From positions 5,854-69,853 of the forward strand of contig JADLGH010000094.1 of assembly GCA_020849425.1 (NCBI GenBank): DNA of 64,000 nucleotides, read 5' to 3'. A program made the position numbers and the translations under genes. Below the pieces are notes generated by a model. That model made no database searches. It saw only the letters and a program-made list of their open reading frames with translations, and was not told where the DNA came from. Below are positions 59,474 through 64,000 of this stretch, piece by piece (position 1 is the stretch's first letter; the number at the start of each line of letters is the position of its first letter). This stretch comes from Candidatus Dadabacteria bacterium. Its GTDB lineage: Bacteria > Desulfobacterota_D > UBA1144 > Nemesobacterales > UBA2774.

Positions 59474-59842
59474 ATGAACAGGAAAGCGCTCATAATCGTG
59501 GATCACGGGAGCACCGTCGGCGAAGCCAACGACATGCTGGCCGAGGTGGCCCGTCTCGTGGAGTCGAAGGAAAGCGGCTTCGATATAGTGAAATACTGCC
59601 ACATGGAGCTGGCCGAGCCCACGATAGAACAGGCCTTCGGCGCGTGCGTAAGCGAAGGCGCGGGGAGCGTCGTAGTCCATCCCTACTTCCTCTCGCCGGG
59701 TAGGCATTCCACGAGGGACATCCCCGCCATGGTAAAAGCGGCGGCGGAGAAACACCCGGGCGTCGCCTACCGCGTCACCGAGCCCCTCGGCGTGCACGGC
59801 AAGATCATAGAGGTCATCCTCGAAAGGGCACGCGAGGATTGA
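59474..59842 (+). CDS. cbiX: sirohydrochlorin chelatase, small CbiX type
   Basis: The ORF-track frame opens at 59294 inside the previous gene. ATG 59474 gives MNRKALIIVDHGS...VVVHPYFLSPGRH, about 122 aa. Confidence 0.75.
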   Translation: MNRKALIIVDHGSTVGEANDMLAEVARLVESKESGFDIVKYCHMELAEPTIEQAFGACVSEGAGSVVVHPYFLSPGRHSTRDIPAMVKAAAEKHPGVAYRVTEPLGVHGKIIEVILERARED

Positions 59843-59883
59843 GGCCGGGCTAATCCCCCCCGGGGCCGCCCAACGGAGATTTC

Positions 59884-60639
59884 ATGAAAAAATACGACGT
59901 ACTTTTCTTCGACCTTTTCGATACCGTCATAAACTTCAGCTTCACCAACCTGCCTTTGATCGAGCTCAGCGGCGTCCGGGCGCGGACGACGAGTAAAGAG
60001 GTCTACGAGGTATTCCGAAGGCGCTGCCCCGACGTGCCCTTCCCCGAATTCTATGAGCACTTCATAGGGAGCTACAGGGAGTTCCAGTATTTAAAGCTCG
60101 CCGAGAACAGGGAATATCCCAACCGCGACAGGTTCCTCATGATGCTCTCCAAAATGGACCTGCCTGCGGACGGCGAAGGCGCGGCCCTCGCCGACGACAT
60201 GGTCAGGGCCCACATGAACGGGCTGGCTTCGGCCGTCTCGTTCCCGCCCGAAAACGAATCGGCGCTCTCCGCCCTCAGGGACGCAAAGTACAGGATGGCG
60301 ATAGTGTCCAATTTCGACTACGCCCCGACGGCTTATTCCCTCATTGAGAAGTTCGGGCTTATGAGATTCTTCGAAAGGGTGATCATATCGGAGGAGGTCG
60401 GCTGGAGGAAGCCGAGCCCCGTTATATTCGAGGACGCCCTTAAAGCCATGGGCGCCGACCCCGGGGCGTCGCTCTTTACCGGCGATAATTTTCACGCCGA
60501 CGTCGCCGGGTCGAAGAACGCCGGCATGGATTCCGTCTGGCTCAACAGCCGGAACGAAAACACGGAGGGACTCGACCCCGAGCCCGATTACATAATCCCG
60601 GCCTTTCCCGACGTCCTCGACGTGCTCAGGCTATCCTGA
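59884..60639 (+). CDS. HAD family hydrolase
   Basis: Motif I FFDLFDT, motif II VSN and motif III/IV KP...GDNFHADVAG. Confidence 0.8.
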   Translation: MKKYDVLFFDLFDTVINFSFTNLPLIELSGVRARTTSKEVYEVFRRRCPDVPFPEFYEHFIGSYREFQYLKLAENREYPNRDRFLMMLSKMDLPADGEGAALADDMVRAHMNGLASAVSFPPENESALSALRDAKYRMAIVSNFDYAPTAYSLIEKFGLMRFFERVIISEEVGWRKPSPVIFEDALKAMGADPGASLFTGDNFHADVAGSKNAGMDSVWLNSRNENTEGLDPEPDYIIPAFPDVLDVLRLS

Positions 60640-60709
60640 TTCGCCGAACCTCCGTTATAACTCCTCCTACCCAGCAGGCGCGTGAAGGGCGCTTCGAATC
60701 TCCGGCCCT

Positions 60710-60877
60710 CTACGTCGCCAATCCTGCACGCGCAGCGGACACGTAGTGTCTTTCTCGACGTAGTATGTAGTTGCCATAATCACCTGGAGCGCGTCAGGTG
60801 ATAATAGCAATGACGTTGCAACTTCGATTGCCAGCGGCTGCGAGCCGCCGGGCACGTAGCACCGTTTTTCGACGTAG
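60710..60877. repeat. cluster of five ACGTAG hexamers in a convergent intergenic gap
   Basis: ACGTAG at 60741, 60758, 60854 and 60872, and its complement at 60710. Two of them sit in longer copies: (g/c)(c/g)ACGTAGCACC. A hairpin CACCTG-n8-CAGGTG lies at 60781-60800. Confidence 0.6.
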
Positions 60878-60962
60878 CACCTTAGTCGCCTAAAACCGCC
60901 GTAAGCGCGGCAGATGATAACAGCTATACACCGCTACTTCGATTTCCTGCACGCGTGGCGTG

Positions 60963-62405
60963 CTATTCGACCTTGAGATCGAAGTCGTACTTGTTGGCCG
61001 ACGTCTTGGCCGGGGCGGCTCCCGGCTCGACGAGTATATACACGACCTCCTGGTCCTCGGGCGCAGTCCAGTCGAGCCTCACGATCGCCCCCGCGTTGGC
61101 CGAGCCCTTCTGCACCTTCCTCACCCTGTCCTGGTCGTAAATCGTTATCCTGAACCCGGTTTCGGTCTCGGGGGTAAGCTTAATGCCGAGCTTCTGCTCC
61201 GCGGTCATCGGTATCGTGTAATAGTCCTTCTCGTCGCTCCCCCACTGGCCCGAGAGATAACCCGTATGCTTCCCCGGCTCTATATCGAGCGTGTCGTCGA
61301 ACGTAGCGCCGGCGTCCTTTCCGCTTTCGATGTCGAAGTAGTCGTCGATCTTTATCGAATAGGAAGTGCCCTCGGCGATAGTATCGTATTCGTTCCCGGC
61401 GCTGAAGTAATAGGTGTACTCGTCCTCTCCCGAGGCCGCCATCCAGCTTATCTCTTTCTGAACGCCCTTGCCTCCTATGACGGTGTCCTTGACGAGCTGG
61501 TTTCCCCCCTCGTCGTATATCGCCGCCCCGGCGTAACCATTACCGTCGTCCGCGGTCCTGAACGTGACGCTTAGCGTCTGGCCGGGCTTCACCGTTACGG
61601 CAAAGTATTCGTGGGCGGCCTTTTCTATTTCGTGGCCCGTCACGTAATCCCCGGGCTCGAGCGCAACGGCGCTGCCCGTCTTGTCACCGCCCGTGGGAAG
61701 GATATTCTGCTCCGGCTCGGGGGCCTTCTTCACGGCCACTTCCTCCTCCACCTCGGCGAGCGCCTCTTCGAGCTGGGCGGCGCTGTCGGCGGCGAAATAC
61801 TTCCCTCCGCCCGCCTCGGCTATACAGCTCAGCTGCTCCTTCTCCTTGTCGCCGACGTCGAACCCGACGACGTGCACCTTCACATTAATACCCTTTTCCC
61901 TAAGGCTCTTTACGAGCGCGCACGGGTCGCCCTCGCACGTCTCCTCGCCGTCGCTGACGAGCACTACGGTGGTCTCGTCCTCCGTCGCGGCGAGCTTCTC
62001 GCCCGCTATCTCGAACGACTTCGTGATGGGGGTCTTGCCCATCGGCTTTATCGAATTTATTTTCTCTATGAGAGCCTCTTTATCCGTCGGGCCCACCTCG
62101 GCCAGCGTCTCTATGTCGTCGCAGTCGCCCTTGCTCCTGTGCCCGTAAACCTCGAGCCCTATGTTCACGTCGTCCGGGAGACCCTTTATCGCGTTAATCA
62201 TGACTTCCTTGGCGACGTCCATCTTGGGCTTGCCGTCTATCTGCGCGGCCATGCTGCCCGAGCCGTCGAGTATGAAGAGAACCCCCCCGCCCGTGGAGGC
62301 CTCGGACTGTGCCTGCGTCTTATCGCCCGTGACCGGGCCCAGTAAAAAAATCGCCGCGACGACCAACCATGCGGCGAGCCTTGTGCATCCCTCGTATCCA
62401 ATCAT
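60963..62405 (-). CDS. secreted von Willebrand factor A domain protein with two C-terminal PPC-like beta domains
   Basis: Signal peptide, MIDAS LDGSGSM, then two modules with D/E-x-YF/YY motifs (HEYFAVTV, EKDYYTIPM). Confidence 0.7.
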   Translation of the reverse strand: MIGYEGCTRLAAWLVVAAIFLLGPVTGDKTQAQSEASTGGGVLFILDGSGSMAAQIDGKPKMDVAKEVMINAIKGLPDDVNIGLEVYGHRSKGDCDDIETLAEVGPTDKEALIEKINSIKPMGKTPITKSFEIAGEKLAATEDETTVVLVSDGEETCEGDPCALVKSLREKGINVKVHVVGFDVGDKEKEQLSCIAEAGGGKYFAADSAAQLEEALAEVEEEVAVKKAPEPEQNILPTGGDKTGSAVALEPGDYVTGHEIEKAAHEYFAVTVKPGQTLSVTFRTADDGNGYAGAAIYDEGGNQLVKDTVIGGKGVQKEISWMAASGEDEYTYYFSAGNEYDTIAEGTSYSIKIDDYFDIESGKDAGATFDDTLDIEPGKHTGYLSGQWGSDEKDYYTIPMTAEQKLGIKLTPETETGFRITIYDQDRVRKVQKGSANAGAIVRLDWTAPEDQEVVYILVEPGAAPAKTSANKYDFDLKVE

Positions 62406-62693
62406 TTAACCATCCCTCCATTTCGTTTAATAACAGTACTTTATACACGAGGTATAAGTATTTTTCACGGTGATGTCAAGCGATATCCCCCTATTTATCG
62501 TACGATGCGAGGCCCTTGCCCCGGGTTATTTTAACCTTGCGGCGCTGTCTCACGGGCCGCCGGCCGGGCTTTCACACGCGCGAAGGCGGCAATTTTTTCC
62601 GGTCCTTGGATTCGGTTCGTGGCGCTTTATAATTCATTTGCTCCGCCCCGCCGGGGAAACAACCGGGGGCCCGGGGCAAGGAGCCGAGAGAGC

Positions 62694-63020
62694 ATGATAA
62701 CGGTATTTCTACTTGTGCTTTCCAATATCTTTATGACCTTTGCCTGGTACGGACACCTCAAATACACGAGCTTCCCGCTTTGGACCGTGATAATCGCGAG
62801 CTGGCTCATAGCGCTCCCGGAATACTGCTTTCAGGTCCCCGCCAACAGGCTCGGTTACAGCCGGTTTTCGGGCGTCGAGCTCAAGACAATACAGGAGATA
62901 ATCTCGCTCACCGTCTTTTCGGTCTTCAGCGTCATCTACCTGAACGAGCAGTTCAGGTGGAATTATCTCGTCGGGTTCGCGTTCCTCGCCGCCGGTGCGT
63001 TTTTCATTTTCAGGAAATGA
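62694..63020 (+). CDS. DMT-superfamily small membrane protein (DUF486-like)
   Basis: MITVFLLVLSNIFMTFAWYGHLKY from ATG 62694. The longer track ORF (62619) adds a non-hydrophobic leader. Confidence 0.7.
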   Translation: MITVFLLVLSNIFMTFAWYGHLKYTSFPLWTVIIASWLIALPEYCFQVPANRLGYSRFSGVELKTIQEIISLTVFSVFSVIYLNEQFRWNYLVGFAFLAAGAFFIFRK

Positions 63021-63036
63021 CGATATCCTGACTACC

Positions 63037-64000
63037 ATGACCAGGTACACGAGGCCCGCGCGAAAGGCCCCCGTGCTGAGGGGCAGCCTCGGGATAGATA
63101 CGCTCCCCGAGCTCGTCGGCAGGAGCGCCGACATGTACCCGGGGCGGACGGCATACGCCGTGCCCGCCGGAGCCGGGGTTTCGGAGATCACGTACGCGAG
63201 GGTCTTCGAGCTCGTCACGAAGCTCGCGAGGCATCTCAAAAACCTCGGCATAGAAAAGGGAGACCACGTCGCATTGCTCGGCGAGAACAGGCCCGAGTGG
63301 GGGATGTCCCTCTTCGCCCTGGCGTGGATCGGCGCCGTCGCCGTGCCGCTCGACGCACGGGCCCCCGCCGAAAGCCATAAATTCATAATGTCGTTCTCGT
63401 CGTGCAGGGCGCTCATAGCCTCGGGGGCGTTCACGGCGGGGATAGAAGCCGTACGCCGCGACCTCCCCGGGCTCAGGCACGTTATCCCCATGGAATCCAT
63501 AGAGGGCCTGCCCGGGAAGTACGCGCACGGGGCGGCGATGGAAAACGTCACCCGCGGCGACCTCCTCGAGATACTCTTCACCTCCGGGACAATGGGCGAC
63601 CCGAAGGGCGTCATGCTCACGCACGGGAACGTCATTTCTAACGTGGACGACATCCACAGGACGATAGAGTACTTCCCGACGGACAGGGCCTTTTCCATAC
63701 TCCCGATTCACCATTCGTACGAGTGCACAGGCGGGCTGATCACGACCTTCGGAAGCGGCATGAGCGTATTCTATGCCCGGGGGCTCAAGCCGAGAGAGCT
63801 CCTCGAAGACATGCTGTCGGCGCGGCCCACGATATGGCTGACAGCGCCGCTCATCCTCGAAAAGCTCTACCTCAGAATCCGGCGCGAGATTGCGCAGCAG
63901 ACCGGGCTCAAACGCATAGCGGCCGGGCTCATGCCCAGGGGCATTCTTCAAGCGAAGATACGACAGAGCCTCGGCCTCGACCGGATAAGGATGATAGTCT
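63037..64000 (+). CDS. long-chain acyl-CoA synthetase / AMP-dependent ligase (3' end outside the window)
   Basis: My own translation from ATG 63037 is open to the window end. It contains the AMP-binding motif FTSGTMGDPKGVMLTHGN. It is absent from the ORF track only because it has no stop codon in the window. Confidence 0.8.
   Translation, partial: MTRYTRPARKAPVLRGSLGIDTLPELVGRSADMYPGRTAYAVPAGAGVSEITYARVFELVTKLARHLKNLGIEKGDHVALLGENRPEWGMSLFALAWIGAVAVPLDARAPAESHKFIMSFSSCRALIASGAFTAGIEAVRRDLPGLRHVIPMESIEGLPGKYAHGAAMENVTRGDLLEILFTSGTMGDPKGVMLTHGNVISNVDDIHRTIEYFPTDRAFSILPIHHSYECTGGLITTFGSGMSVFYARGLKPRELLEDMLSARPTIWLTAPLILEKLYLRIRREIAQQTGLKRIAAGLMPRGILQAKIRQSLGLDRIRMIV

Noticed and set aside
60685-60712. 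tRNA/tmRNA-like TTCGAATC sequence (gcgcTTCGAATCtccgg).
   Set aside because: The flanking bases do not form a T-stem on either strand, and no acceptor or anticodon arms can be drawn.

Overview
The window is a GC-rich (by eye, not computed) bacterial chromosomal segment, densely coding on both strands. It has about 60 protein genes. I recognised no rRNA, tRNA, CRISPR array or transposase. Most of it is housekeeping: ileS (5' truncated), lutABC, PBP1A, cysK, ftsH-folP-cdaA-cdaR-glmM-pdxJ, fur, folC, rpe, metK-ahcY, xerD, scpAB, der, ilvE, sppA, pepA, and an acyl-CoA ligase that runs off the 3' end. Codon usage is unusual for this GC level: ATA for Ile and AGG/AGA for Arg are common. I cannot name the organism from sequence alone. 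I see no classical defence island or mobile element. Three regions look most worth a second look. (1) 47.4-50.7 kb holds three tandem YVTN beta-propeller paralogues, each ending in an IPTL-CTERM-like sorting tail. They are separated by a 91-nt spacer that is identical in both gaps, and genes 1 and 2 share an 80-nt leader. (2) 54.0-58.2 kb is a lower-GC-flanked islet containing ArsR, a type III polyketide synthase, an ICMT-type methyltransferase (bpsA/bpsB-like), DoxX and a second ArsR. (3) Inside that islet, a roughly 750-bp AT-rich, ORF-poor segment is bracketed by an inverted duplication of the doxX RBS and 5' coding end. That is an inverton-like architecture, but there is no adjacent recombinase. 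Lesser points are a DnaC/DnaI-type AAA+ protein with a DnaJ-type zinc finger plus a small partner, a YhaO/YhaN-like nuclease-ATPase pair, compositionally atypical lipoproteins, and two motif-rich non-coding gaps. All functional calls come from motifs I can read in the supplied translations. No database search was run.
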